The notes under the pieces: model-generated
What the model saw: the letters and a program-made list of their open reading frames with translations, nothing else
Told to the model about the DNA's origin: nothing
Database searches by the model: none
In this document: piece after piece, positions 1 to 14,200 of the stretch
Layout: the number at the start of each line of letters is the position of its first letter
How positions within the stretch are numbered: position 1 is the first letter of the stretch
Position numbers and translations under genes: made by a program
Assembly (NCBI GenBank): GCA_965644295.1
Contig: CBFFRP010000363.1
Coordinates: 124,001-188,000 of the forward strand
DNA: 64,000 bases
From: Paraphysomonas bandaiensis
Lineage: Eukaryota > Protista > Chrysophyceae
Reading direction: 5' to 3'

Positions 1-560
1 GAGGGGGAGTTTTTTGGACTTCGCCCAGCAGATGCCCGCTCGTCAGTGTACGTCATCCGTACCTTGCATCAAGATGTCAACGTAGTTCTGGGTGATGCTC
101 CCGCATCCATACAGGCTGCACTAGGTTAGTGATTGTTCTTTACTGATTCATCCCCACAAATATAATGTTATGTGACTCTCGATGTGTTGTGATATTGCGT
201 TTGGGTGCATATAGGGTCATTGAATATGGGCACGAGCAGCGAGGAAGATAATCAACCGAAGTTCAATAAGCATTTGAGGCGCCGCATGGAAATGGAGAAA
301 ACTGCATCCAAACGTGCACACGAGACTACTGGGAAGATAACTATGAAGGTAAACACACTTCAATGTATTTCACTTGCCGACTGAGTAAATGTAGGGTGCC
401 ACTCCGAAACTTGAGGCTAAGGAAAAATTGCGTAGCTGGTAAGTGGTACTGCTGTACACCTACACTTACCATAACACTGATGTGTCCCAGCGCCGGCCGC
501 AAGACGAGTTACTTCATGCTGGCACCCTCTGCTGAAAAACAATTGTTGGAGTCAAGGTGA
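1..560 (+). CDS. 3' end of a spliced gene, unknown product (truncated by window edge)
   Basis: Open frame from base 1 (EGEFFGLRPADARSSVYVIRTLHQD...) joins in phase across three GT..AG introns (about 125-213, 349-394, 439-490) and ends ...EKQLLESR-TGA at 560. No recognisable domain. Confidence 0.6.
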
Positions 561-1725
561 GACAAGTATGATAGTCAAATTATACAGAATTAGCAGAGCA
601 AAAGTTAAACATATCACTGTCTTTGCACCTAAGCCGACCTATATAACGATACAAGTCTTTCCATTGTCATGCGATATTATCTACTAATACGTATGTACAG
701 GAAGGCATTGACAACACAGAAGAAAGTTGTCAAAGCAACACGAGCACGGGTCAACCGTGACAGAAAGAATGTGTGGCATTAAGAAAGGTCGCGCTTTGGT
801 TTCACAGCATGTATTGTGTAGGAGCTGCCGATTTATATATAGTTTTGATGTTATGGTGGTAATTTTTAAACCGGTATACCTCCAAGGGGTATACCAACTC
901 ATACGCTGAAAAATGCAATGACTTGTAAAATCAAGTAGAATATAGTGCCAGTTTTACCAGTTGTGGAAAACAACTGTGTAGTAGACCGTAAACCTGTGAC
1001 TCAAGACTGGAAGATTGCTGAATGGTATCAAGATTTGACATTATTAGGTGATAAAAGCTTAAATAGCCGAACGTAATGTACATAATGCTTGAATTATGAA
1101 TTATAAATATTGTATACGCACAAGCAGCTTTCGTAGCGTTAAATAGTAGGTTATCAGAGTTGAGCAATAGTTTGTTAATTATTTTGCTACATTAGTTCTG
1201 ACTCTTACACGCCTATTGCTAATAATCAGACATTCACTACCATATATTATATATGAAGAACTACCCTTCAGTAACGCTACTTTTCTACTGTCACAACACA
1301 ACTTCTTAACGTACCACCATCAGATTTTTTATAACTTCGTAGTACTGCTCTTGCACCTCGTGTAGTATTGTACTTAGTAGAATTTATAGCAGCGCTGATA
1401 ATTGAGTTATATCATTATACTAATTTGAAGAAATGTTAAGGCTCAGAGTATGCTTCGCATGTGTGGCAACCCCATTGCGAGATGCAGTTTCTACTTCGTA
1501 CTACGACATGATTACATATTCTGAATCACTTATTTTTTAAATACTCGTGTCGTAAATACCGTGTAAATATAGTCGGCTGAAACACCTAATCAGTGAATTT
1601 CAAAACATACCAACTGTTCGAAGCATCAATATAATATACTCCAAAAATGACATGCTAGTAACACCTACGCAAACTAACAAAGCGACTGATTAATGGTGCC
1701 CATTGTCTCCAGTTGAGTACACTCC

Positions 1726-4700
1726 TTAGAGTTTCAGCTTTTCCGTATCAGCTGCTGAAACATCTGCAAAGTTGACTATGTCCTGAATGAGATCCCGCGA
1801 CACGTACTGTACCAATTTGTAGGTTTTCCTATACGTATATATGCAGTTATTACAACATTTATTACCGATATATTGACTAACCTGGTGAGCATTTCAAATT
1901 TACCATATCTGGCAGTGTCTCGCATAAGGTTATTGTGCATCAAAATCAGCTTCTTGGATATACTCAAGAAATTCTCTTTCAAAAATTGCTTTACCATTGG
2001 TGGCAGGGTAGCAACATGACCGGGGTTAACAAGACAATGAAAAACGGTTGAGTCCAGTGGCTGCCCAGGGGGTACTTTTAGTTTCATCCACTCTTTGTTG
2101 CATGCCCCGGTTTCATCAATAGTCCGTTGTACCTCAGCTAGCCGATCATTCCATTCCCTCAGACGCTCCTGCAGGCCTCTTCTCACCACAAAAGGGTGAT
2201 CCATCAGTGAGTACTCACAATATCCTTCTCCAAGGTCTCCTCTGTAAGGCACGCGATCCACGGTATTCAATAGGAAAAGCAGGAAAGCGTTCTGCACTGC
2301 TATGTCATCTCCAGCTGTGTCCGCCTTACGATGAATGAACTCGTCATACAAATCTGGTAACATGCAACCAAGGGCAATGCTGTCCGCCAGATTTTCTCTC
2401 AACTCCCACATCAACCATAGCGAGGCACAGTTGGAACGTGGTGTGGACGGGCGGTAACCAGAAGGAGTGGCATTTGCCATAAAATCAATCCTGTCCTCGT
2501 CCCTGGCCTGGTTTAATTCCTCCTCCGAGAGACGATCGCACTCTTCCACCAGACGCAGAGCCATCAATGTGTCGATAGATACTTCACGGAAGTTGGGCAT
2601 ATCCGTCCTTCCAGTGATGTAGTCATTGAGGGTCATTCCACCCAGTTGGTTCATTTGATCCTCGAAAAATCTCTTGGGGTTACTGTACTTCGAAAGCATC
2701 TCCTGCAAGAATTGAGTATGGTAGCGAGGTTCCCGACCTGTGATAGCAGGAATGCGTGCAAGCATCAGCTCTCTGATGAAGGAAGCACGTGATCCAGCAT
2801 ACACAAGGTGGCCCTGAGTATCAAGTCCACGACGACCTGAACGCCCAGCCATCTGCTGCGCCATGAGAGTGTCCAACTTTCCACCCATCTCGCCACAGAA
2901 TACACATGTACGGAAAGGCATATTAACTCCGTAGGCAAGGGAGGAGTCAGAGAGTACAACACCGAGTTTACCCTGCATGGCCAGACGCATGATGGCCACA
3001 CGATACGCAGTGAAGTGATGATCGTTGATATAGAGGCCAATGCCGCGGCGGAGAGCTCGCATCAAAGCATGTTTCGAAAAGTCGCCAGTGAATTTGTCAC
3101 GTTGCTGAACCTCTTTGCAAATATCCTCAAACTCCTTTGAAGAGATTGGGCCAGACGGATTCATCACAAAGTCGGGATGTGGTGCAGTGTAGTCAACGAC
3201 CTCTATGGTGTCCTGAATAGTACCATCCCGCTCTGCTTCCTCCCTGTCCTGCTTGTTTTTAGACTCACCCTGAATACGTTCCTGCTCAGCGCGCTTTGCG
3301 GCCGCCTTTCGCTCGAGGGATAAATAGTAGTTCGGGTGAGTCGCCTTTTGCCTTTCCTCAATACCACCCAGAAGAGAAGTAAACAGTCCAATTAATTCGA
3401 AAACATTCAAGTGAAAAATGAGGCAAGGAAGCATGCTCTGGCCCTTTAGATGCATAACGATATCTGTCACATTGAACTCAGGGGGCATATCCTCAAGAGT
3501 GTATGCATCTAGCAATTTTTGTGTCTCAGTCTCATGCGAGACTGCGAGCTTCTCCAAGCGCCGCTTGAGCTCGTCCTCGTACTCCTTCGACTGGCTTAAA
3601 GTGATGCGGGTAGACTCGTCGTTGGAGAAGAAGGCATGCGGATCCAGGTCAGCAATGGCCTCGGAAGGATAGTGCTACAAGTAAAGAGGTCAGTACTACC
3701 ATTCACATTTATTATAGTCTTCACAACAGTCCATGCACTCACATTTTGCATATCCGTCCACATCTTATAACTGTCCAGGGGGGTCATCGGCAGACTAGAC
3801 GATTTGAACCCATCACTCTTTAGGAAATCTATAGTAATTGCAGACAATGGATGCAGCAACTTCAGATGAAACTCATCACTGTCGTCCTTTCGAGTCCATA
3901 TGTGTCTCTGGATATTAAGGAATCTTCCTTCATGACCTTGATATTTCACCAGTCTATTAGCATCTTCAAGCTCCGCCCGCATTACAGCTTCTTTGGGGGT
4001 TTCCGGCCTATTATTACCGTTGTTCATATTTACTACAACGTCACTTGTAGAGCGAGGGGCGTTCACTACTTCTACTTTCAGCTGCTCGCCGCGCACTCGC
4101 TCCATCCACGATCTCAGTTCTTCTCCATTACCCACAGTGGCAGAGAGAGCAAGGAAGTTACAATTCATCAAGCGAATCAACCGTTGTAGCGCCTCTCCGT
4201 CATCGCCATCGAGCACGTGAATCTCGTCGTACACAACCCACCCATAATGGTGGAACCCACCAACCATCTGCGACCTGTCTACCTTATAGTCGAGTTCAAA
4301 GTAACTGCTACGGCCCCTTATCTTGGTCATTGCGGACTCCAGCGCTTTTGGGGTGCCGACCACGACGGCAGGGGGCTCATCAACCTTTCTGTGGGGACTG
4401 TATATCATCTGATCAGTGACTAGCGCCACATTGCCAGAGAGAATATGTCTAGCAAAATGCGCTGCCACCTGCCATACCAAAGGCTCCGTGGGTACAACAA
4501 AGAGAACTCTGTCCTTGAGCTCAACAGTATCGGCCTCCTCATCTCCTTCAATCTCTTCGTCTCCGTCAGCGGTCGTAACAGGCGGGGGCTTGCGTTCAGA
4601 AGGAGCAGTTGGGGCACGATCAAGCATACGTCCCAGAGTCGCAACGTAGGTGGATATAATGGTCTTACCGGAAGAGGTCGGTGCACTGATCACTACACTC

Positions 4701-5689
4701 TTGCCGGCATCTATGAGGCGGAGAACGCGTTTCTGCCATTCGTCTAGGCGGAAGTCCGACGTAAACGGTGACAACGGAGGTAGTCGGTCCGACATGACAG
4801 TAAGCTGGGTGACGATCATATCCTCCTCAGAACGCCATTCTTGCACCTACGCACGTAGTTATTTCCACGTTCAAAACTATGTATATATTATACTGGAAAG
4901 TACCGTCTTGAGTGCGGTCTTATGCTTGGATAGCAATTCCGCTTCCGGGCTCTTTTCCGGTAGTTTCTCCTTTTCTTTGTCCTTGCCCTTTGACTTTTTG
5001 TCTTTCTCCTTCTCCTTTTCTTTCTTAGACAACTTGCGAGCTGCAATTTCCTGCTTCGCCTGCAAGACGATTATCTCACAGAAATTGGAAAAAGTGCTAA
5101 CTAACATCACGGTAGAGTGCATTGGCTTCAATAGCCCAGAAAACATCGAAGGACAAGGTTTTCTCTTTCTTTTTAACAGCCGCGCTGAGGATTTCCAGTA
5201 AGAGTTCCAGCTTAGCAATGGGGGACTTGATCTTCTTTCTGATATCTACTAGAGCGCTGCAATGGAAAATTTAAGGGATAAAATCAACACCGCAATACTT
5301 ACGCTGCACCGCCAGATTTCTTCATTGTGGATATACGCTCCATGTCGTACTGTAGAACTTCCTGTAGCAAAATTTAAGCGATACTTCATGCGGATATAAA
5401 CCGTACTCACCGCGTCTTTTGTCTTCTTCTGATTTGCAATGATAACATCTTTCTTAGATACCTTATTTTTCTTTGATTTCTTCGAGGATTTTTCATTATC
5501 ATCTGCATTGGATCTAGTCATACGTTCCTCTTCCTCCTCTAACTCCTGCTCACGCTTCCACACTTCTTGAGGATCGAAACCAGAACTGGGTGCAAGATCA
5601 CGCAGAATAACTGGGATCGTGGTTACCCATTCCCGTGTGCGTAGTCTTCGATTCCACACAGTTTTTCCGGGAAGTTTTGCCAGAGACAT
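1726..5689 (-). CDS. DDX60: Ski2-like DExH-box RNA helicase, DDX60-like (multi-exon)
   Basis: Motif I APTSSGKT, Ia VVPTEPLVWQVAA, II DEIH, III FLALSATVGN, V LAYGVNMP, VI QQMAGRSGRRGLD. The motif contexts resemble DDX60 more than Ski2/Mtr4. ATG at 5689. The last exon after a short intron reads ...KTYKLVQYVSRDLIQDIVNFADVSAADTEKLKL-TAA (1726). Confidence 0.85.
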
Positions 5690-6345
5690 ATCCACTACAA
5701 CGAAATCACTTACTTACCAATGCAGTATACAGACTTACCGCTCTCCTCTTTCTCTTGCTTCTCTGTTTTGCCTCTACTCCTCATTTTAATGGTCTTAGGC
5801 AATCTTCTTGTTTAACTAAATAATCTAAGTAAGTCTATGCAGTGGACTGCCGATCTATTGTTTGTTCTTGATAGAATTATTACTATGGTATGATTAGAAA
5901 TGACTGGTGAGTGCATGTATATGCAACATCCAACATGCACAACACACACACACGTCCAGATAAAAGAAGATGTCTGAAATATGCCAAGAAAACTAAAGAA
6001 TTAAAAAAACTGAATATCTTCAATCGTCACCATCACTTTCATATCTTCCCTGCTGTATTCTACAGTGGCTGGCCCCAACACGGTGGCGCCCATTTCAGGT
6101 CCTTGTAGGGGCAGCCACTCTGTATACCAGACACAGATTGTATTGCTGTATTCCATTATCAAACTCATCTACTGTATTCCTTGTATTCTCTGTATATTTT
6201 GGAAGTGATTTACAGGTCGTTTCGTGTAAATTTCCCCTGTAAGATAATGCAGAGATCATCGTCCAGGCCATGACGCTCACTCTCACACATACCTTACATG
6301 TTCACATACTATCTCACACAATTACGTTGTAATTTATTAAAAACA

Positions 6346-8547
6346 ATGATTTCAACTTCATGTACATCTTTTCGAAGTAGACAATATTTAACTAAAGCTG
6401 ATCTTCGCGATCAGTTGGTTGGATATTGTACAGATATAGAGGGGAATTTGGATTATTGGAAACGTTATGTTAATATGTCTCGTGTACTTGCTCGCACTAG
6501 TAACGGAATTATATTAAAAGAAAATTGTCATTTCGTGTATGGCGGAGATGTATGTGATCGTGGACCGGGTGACATACGTGTTCTCGAAGATATCGTTAAA
6601 CTCAAGCGGGATAACCCAGATAATGTTCATATAATACTGGGCAATCGTGATATCAATAAAATGAGACTTCTTACGGAGTTGCTACCGGAGTTTACATGTA
6701 AACCATCTCGCACCTACTGGACTGGAGACATTGACGATAAAGGAGAACACAATGCGGTTAATAGACTAAAAGCTGTACGTCATTATATAACATCTCTATG
6801 GTTAGTATGTCCTTACATAGTTGCAGATTTTGATAGATACCATGGGGGCACCTGATACCTTCGAACATAGGCGGCAGGAATTGAAAGACTTAGGACGCGA
6901 TAGCTCAGACGAGGCTGTTGTGCAGTCTTTTTGGGGTGTGTTTTTGAAAGCGTTATTGAATGCTGCTTACGCTATATGCAGATCTACTGAAGCCGGAAGG
7001 GTTATTGACAGAGTATCTGAAACAGGGAACACTTGCTGTACTTCTAGGTATGCTTATTGTCCGTCAACCGTGTTGTTAATTTATAACGGATTGTATCTCA
7101 GGGGACACACTGTTCCTTCATGGCGGTCTGCACAGCAACTCTTTGGGGTGGATTCCCCCATCACGAGACCTCCCTCCAGGAGATAGTGGGCATCATGTGG
7201 ATAATGTGGCTACCTGGTGTGAACAGCTTGAGGCTTTCCGTGCGGCAGAGGTACACATTCATGGATGTTAAATGTCTTTTATGAACAAATTGGGAGGAAC
7301 TATTTACGTGGAAATTGTAGTATGGATAGGGCAATCTCAACTTTTTAATGTTGTAGATGAAGGACTTTGTGGAGTTTAGCCAGTGGTTGCAGCTTTCCTC
7401 AGGACAAGCTTCAGAAAGGCGTTTGCCCTTTACCAGCCACTGGTCAGCAGAGGGGGGGTATAACCACCCCACACCAGGCAGCAGACTTCTACAATATGGT
7501 GAGTACGCGGTCATACATACTGCTGAGGCAATTCACGCAGGAAGCGTGCAGTCTACATTCCTTTTCGTGTGTATTTGCGTATTGCTTATTTTCATTTCCG
7601 CCAGGTATGGGCTGGATGCCGGATAAGAGTGTGAATCCTACCCTGGTATATGACAACTTCCTTTCGGATGGCGCGGTAGGTGTTCATTATTTTGTATACG
7701 ATCCGCGCTGATTTATGCGATAATTTTGCAGCCTATGCCTCCATCATCTGAGATTGCCAGTAAGTTAAGAAGAAATGGTAGGTCTTGATCATGTCTAAGT
7801 GTTGTGCTTACGGCATTGGTCAGGTGTTCGAAGAGTAATAGCTGGTCATCAACCTCACGGCGATGCCCCTGTTGTTATCGACTCATTCGGGCTACAGGTG
7901 AGGATAATACTTGTTATTTTGCGTATGTGTGTATCATGTATTCTAATCTGTTGCAGGTTATCACCGGCGACACCTCTTATGCTAATAACGTCAAGTGGTT
8001 TGGACCGGATGCTTCCGATGAGTATCGGGAAAGAGTCACAGAGTTGCTCCAGCAACTCACCAATAATGGTGATCGCAAAGTGGGCGCCAACTCGAATACA
8101 TGTGGTACTCGGGGGAATGCTGTTTCCGAGGTGAGAACTCTAATTTCATCCTTTTTCCATATTTTAAGTTGCTTGAAGATATACTTACGGTTTGGCATCC
8201 CTACTTCTCAATCAACTTGCATCCACGGTGAGTTGAACAACGGCTTGCGGTATGACTTTGAGCTCTCTTCTTCTGATGAGAACCCTTACGTCGGTAGAGC
8301 GACTGAGGATGGCTGGTGGGTGAAGGGGAAAGTGGCCACAGGAAGTCAAAAGAAAGCCACGACGATATCTGAAGAATATAACGATGGATTACTGGCCTAT
8401 ATGTTGAGAATGTTTTCCTCTTTCTGTTTACCTGAGTCTGAAGACTCCATAGTAGACGACGATGTATATTTGATATGTTTGAGTAAAGGGCGCGACGTGT
8501 ATAATTCTCTGGAACTTGGGAGTGAGCTTAAAAAAAGAGTGAAGTGA
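6346..8547 (+). CDS. Calcineurin-like metallophosphoesterase with atypical motifs (multi-exon)
   Basis: TDIEGN, GGDVCDRGPGD, LGNRD, LFLHGG and IAGHQPHG motifs appear in the canonical order of the five metallophosphoesterase motifs, spread over about 8 short introns. Confidence 0.8.
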
Positions 8548-8800
8548 TGTGGAGAATAGTGATGTGACGTCTGTCATGATTATCTTAAATAGATGCACAT
8601 AACTAGGAATGCATGGTGAAATATTTGCAGTGCATAGCGTAGTTGTAGAAGATATGTAGTAACGTTTATTTGTTGTGAGAACTATTCTTAGACAATAATC
8701 TGTTAAGCTAAATGAGCATATTGGCATATTATCGTTAGTCATTAGTCGTTAGCCCACTGTTACATAGAATAGCTCACTACTTGCTACCGCCTGCTAATTT

Positions 8801-10747
8801 TCACAGCCATAGTGCGTCATTTCTAATTCTATCTATACTATCATTAACAACTTCTTCAAGACTACTAGTACTGTCGATTTGGCATTTGCATTCACTGCGT
8901 AGACGACTAATTAACTCGAACATATCGGTAGGAATAGGGGCACATGAACGCACTGTACAGCCATTCACATCCACAAACTCTAAGCGGTAAGAGTGGAGCA
9001 TCAATCTATGCATTATGGCGGAATCATTACATCTAAGCTTCCCATTTCTCCCATACTTCACATCGCCAACAAGTGGAAAGCCTGCATGCGCCATATGAGC
9101 TCTAATCTGGTGAGTACGACCAGTCAGAGGCTTGCAAAGAACCAGACTGTAGTTGCTTCTACTATCCGCCTGCAGCTTTTCATCTACACGAAAACTATCA
9201 ATGCAGAAATACTTCGTTACGCTGGGCTTCCCGGCGTGATGGGGAAAAGACTTCAGAGTATCGCCCCCCACATGCTTAAGCTTTACGTCTACTGTACGAA
9301 TGGAACATCTTTCGACATGGCCGTGTACAACACATAAGTAATACTTGGTGGCTCCTCGGTTCTTGAATAGCGAAGTCAAATATGTTTCATAGGAGGGAGA
9401 TAATGGGAGAACAACGGCACCACTGGTGGGCTGGTCTAACCGACTCACACTGCGAATTAAGTATTGCTCAGAGAGCGAGACTTCAGGGAATAGCTGTAGA
9501 TTTCGTTGAGCGAAAGAAACGAGATTTTCCATTCGTAATCCCGACGGCTTATTAACCACTGCATAACTGCCTGGCTCAACTGTGAGAAACTCAAGTTCCG
9601 TGGTATCACACAAAACATGTCCATTGGGGTTACCAACGGCTACCTCGCAATCAATTGGATGTATGTCATATTTTCTTTTGTCTATGAATACCACATCCTC
9701 GCTACCACACTGACAGTCATCCAAATGTCGAGAGTACGTGGGATATGCACGTAGAACATCAGATACACCAATACAATAACCATGCCGTGCAGCGCACGAC
9801 CTAATAGAAACGTCGTTCCGTATGCGACTAAGTGACACTCTTCCACGTCTACAGAGAAAAGGTATACGAAGTTTCAGACAGTCCAAAAGCTCATCAGGTG
9901 GTGCAAAGCTGGAAGTTGGAGTATTTGAGATGGGTGAAGGGACAATTGGTACAACGACCTTTACGTCTCTCAGTGAATGTGCTGTGTACACGCCTTTCGC
10001 GGGGGCAGGGTGGACTAGGCTTATTGTACTTGGCCTGTGATGGAGAAGCACAAGCAGTTCCCGCGAAGCAGATGCCCACCACTGTGGAGTCCCGTATTCG
10101 TATCGCTGCTTATACGGGAGATAAAGTGTTGGCATTTCCCTTAAATAACATCGCAATGCTTTCGCTACACGTTTACGAGATGTAATTCGTGATAAGGGAA
10201 TAGCATCGACAGAATAATTACAAACTTTCTTTCTAAGGTTGTTTAGTTCCCATACAATAGACGATATAACATCGCATGCCAACTTACAGGACCACTGTGA
10301 CGACAATTTATCATCAGTACTCCTGTTATTTTCATTCTCATGCATTCGTATATGTGAAAATAGTTTGTTACGACTGCAGAATGAATCTGAACAATAGTTG
10401 CAAATATACTTGTTAATGGTCGTATGCGACACGGATGCTGGAAATTTTATTGTCCAATTCGAAGCTAAGCTGACTTTCGTGGCGCCGCAATCATTCCCAT
10501 CCCATTGCAGACTGAACGACTCGGGAAAATCTACACACGAGGAATCATATAACATTCATTCATGACATATCTACACACCCATAAGAAAACCCAAGAGTTT
10601 ACGGTCTCCTAAGAGTCTTCGAATCAGTGGGTTCAAAGGAATCAGTGACTCTATTCGACATGTACCGCCTTCTTTGAGCAGATCCACTGCAATAACCTCA
10701 ACCAGCCGGCTATCGTCATCGTACTGTGAGGCATCCTGACCTGACAT
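8801..10747 (-). CDS. RluA-family RNA pseudouridine synthase with N-terminal C2H2 zinc finger
   Basis: VVNKPSGL, SRLDQPTSG (catalytic Asp), TGRTHQIRAH, GDVKYG and RLMLHS motifs; C2H2 finger YICNYCSDSFCSRNKLFSHIRMH. An upstream exon (MSGQDASQYDDDSRLVEVIAVDLL..., ATG 10747) splices in phase into the long ORF. Confidence 0.88.
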
Positions 10748-11231
10748 GCTTATGCGCGTTTATTGAGATCAAATACTGTGGATATCAATTAACAGACGGT
10801 ACATGTTTGCGTAATATCCATCACTATGCAACAGTGTATGCCATATACACACGGTCGCAATGTAACAGTGAAGAATCCTGTCCGTGGACAAACACCATAC
10901 ACCACACCAGCACTCAATGTACGTGCCGTATTCCCCATCTGCAGAGGAGTTCCAAGAGTTGGCACCATGATCTGCAGGGGTAGGATTGGAATTCCTACGA
11001 CTACTGGACTATATATTCAACCTAAAAAACTGAATCTTTTTGTCGTTTAAAGATTCGTCAGTACCGAAATCTAGATCAATGTGAAGTGAAAAAGTATCGT
11101 ATGATCGTATGCCAAATAGATATTCTTGTAGATATGTGCGTGGTAGAGGAGGCGATGTCAGTATAATGTATGGCGATTAGCTGCATGCATTCGACCTTGA
11201 TATACATTGATATTGACTACTCCTTTGAATA

Positions 11232-14200
11232 ATGGAGTCTTATTTACGTAATGGTGATATTATCTTACTTGAATCGGAGCGGAATTGCTTCTTGTCTGTT
11301 GATCCGATATCTAAGTTGGCTATATGGGAGCTGTCTCCAGATAGGGAGAATCCTCCGGCCAACACTGAAAACTGCCTCTGGCGTATCGTTCCACGACTGT
11401 CATATGTTGATCAAGAAATGTATTATGCTACTCTAGGGTCGGCGAAGTCTCCGGCGGATGTAGCAAGTGACATTGAGCATCAGGCTATACAGGAGAAGAG
11501 GAGGAACGAACAAGACATCAAATCCATAAAAAGCGACATTCTTTATGGAAATGTAGTACAGCTGCAACATGTTTTGTCTGGGATGTTCCTATCATGCATG
11601 CGAACTCCCTCAGTGCATGATCCTGATTGTTTTCGGATATGCGTTGCCGAAGGTTCAGCCGCAGCTTACCTCAAAGTTTCTCCTATGTACAAAATTCGTA
11701 CCGGTAGGTTATCGGTATGGTTGCATATATTAATATTCACGCTCAATGCACAGACGGTGGACATGTGATCCTTGAAGATGACGTGATATTCTCCTCGCTT
11801 TCGATACTACAGCACTTCTTGTCCAGGTCTCGACGCTGCCGCCCTCTCATGTCGTCACATGGCCTCTTGTACGATGAATGTAACCTCTCGCGAGACCGGA
11901 ACTTTACGAAAATTTCTGTTCGACTTTACTCCCGTGTTGAACCTTACAGTTGTCAATATCTGACTGCTACACAGGGTGTCCGTTTGTTTCATTCGGAAAC
12001 GAATTCTTTTCTGCAGGCTTCCTGTGACCTCAGGGATGACGTTTTGACCTACGACGAAACCTGTGGAGCCTATCTGGAGACTATTGACCCGGACGTACCT
12101 TTTGCTCACCACCCAAATGCCTTGAAGGCGGCTTCATTGTGGGCTTTTGAAACTGCTGACAGACTATCTCGTGATTATATAGAATGGAGAAAACAGTATC
12201 GTATAAAACATATTCCAACCAACCGGTTTCTTACTGTCCTATCGTCTACTGCAGCAGATGGTAGGAATAGCTATACACTTTCGCTTAGAAAGGAGGAAGA
12301 GCAGATTACAAGCAGCAGCCAAATGTTCACCATTCTTCCTGTGGAGCTGTCGGACGGTTATGTAGAGAGCAGCGACGTAATGATACAGCTTGAGAACACT
12401 GCTCCCGACGGAACGAAACTCTATGTCCGCAAGCCCGATTCAAACTCAACGCGATCCATTTTGTTTCTAGGTGATTATGTTTTGTAGTGGCCGAATGTAT
12501 TTGGCTTTCTAGTTCATGCGCACTAATATTCATACAGATGAAACGAGGGATAGCTATGACTCATTCATGCTTATGGAAGTAAAGCGGGACGTTGTCAACC
12601 TTGTGCAGCGGAACCACACGTACTGGAATGTTGCCCAAATATATTGCCAACACTTTGTTACGGATCGCCCTAAGAATGCGATTGAAATCGCTCAGGAGGC
12701 TTACGCTGAGGAGAGGAAAGGACTGCATAGAGGTAAAATTGTTGATTTAACCTTACCCGAACCGTAAATTATGAATCCAACCTTTGGAAATGTGGTTTAT
12801 AGGAAGCTCAATGCGAATGCGGTCATCCAGCATCGGTACTGTGCGCTCCATGCCGAGTAAGTCCATGTCTATTGGTGACCTCTCCGTTGCGGAAGGCGAT
12901 GGTGACATGGATTCCGACGGCGATTTTGCTGTGGATTTATCCGATGAGGAGAAGGAAGAAATGCTGCTTGAGACAACGTTTATGATGTTAAAAGAAATTC
13001 TGTTCGATGTCATTGTTGGTACGTGTTACTATTTCTATACCAGAGTTGTTCCGATTGGAGCGTAGATCTGATAACATGAATGAGTAAGAATTGTTATTCG
13101 TATGTATTTCATTACTCTTTTCAGGCGATCAAGACGACAGTACGGATCCGTTTAGTCTGGAGGGCAACTGTGATGAGGTTCTGCAAAACTGTGCTCGTGA
13201 ACAGTTCATGATGGAGGCGCTGCTTACTGTTGTTGTCAGTCCAGTTGTGTCTGAACGTATATTACAGGAAGATAGCAATGGCCAAGGTATCCTGTGACTG
13301 TTCCTATATAACCTTAATGAGCTATATACAGTGGGAAGTCTTGGAACGAAGGAGCCTATTACAGTGAAAAGTGTGCACATGCTGGCATGGAACACTCTTA
13401 AACATCTTTATAAGAACAACTTCAAATCGGAGATGTATTTTGTTCATGATATCACGAAAGAATCGTTGATAGTCAAGGAAGTCATTACAGTTCTTGACTC
13501 ATACGTGAAAAGGAAGAGTGATGAAAAGAAAGCTCTTAAGAAGCAGTTACTCGGACAAGTGGACACGTCTGATGAGGAAGATAGCAGCGCTGCGATGAGT
13601 TTTGCAATGGCTCGTATCACGAACCAAATCCCTTTGCGTTTAGGGGCGGCTTACGCATTTACCACCTTGATTAGCAATAATCGAGAACTGCTCATGAGTT
13701 TTGTAAACCCGCAGCGTATGCGTTTTTTTAAGGAGTTGATTTCTGAGTGGGGTCCAGATAAACGCTTCCTCGAAGTTTTTCGTGCTATCTGCAGTTGCAA
13801 AGGGCAAGCACTGCAAGTCAATCAAGAGCAGTGTTTAGACCTTATTCTCAGCAGCAAAGATGACCCATTTGTTATCGATGTTGTGCGGACTGAGGATGTT
13901 TTCGACCCCAGTAGTAACCCACTTTTGGTGAGCAAGCTTGCGGATAGCACCAAGGACGTCGACGAAAAGAGTACTTTGAATGTCATGCAGGCTTTTGCAG
14001 GTGCAGCTTCTGAAGAGGTGACTGTAGACTTGTCGGAGGAGCTATATCTAGGAATGGACGCTGTAAAAACAGGCTTCCCGAGGCTGTATGTCAAGTGGAC
14101 ATGGTCAGATGATTGGAAAAGTGGCATGCCTGTGCTGTACTACAGCCCTAAAGCTCTGAAACTTCAAGACACGAAGTCACTCTCGGATGGGAGTATACTT

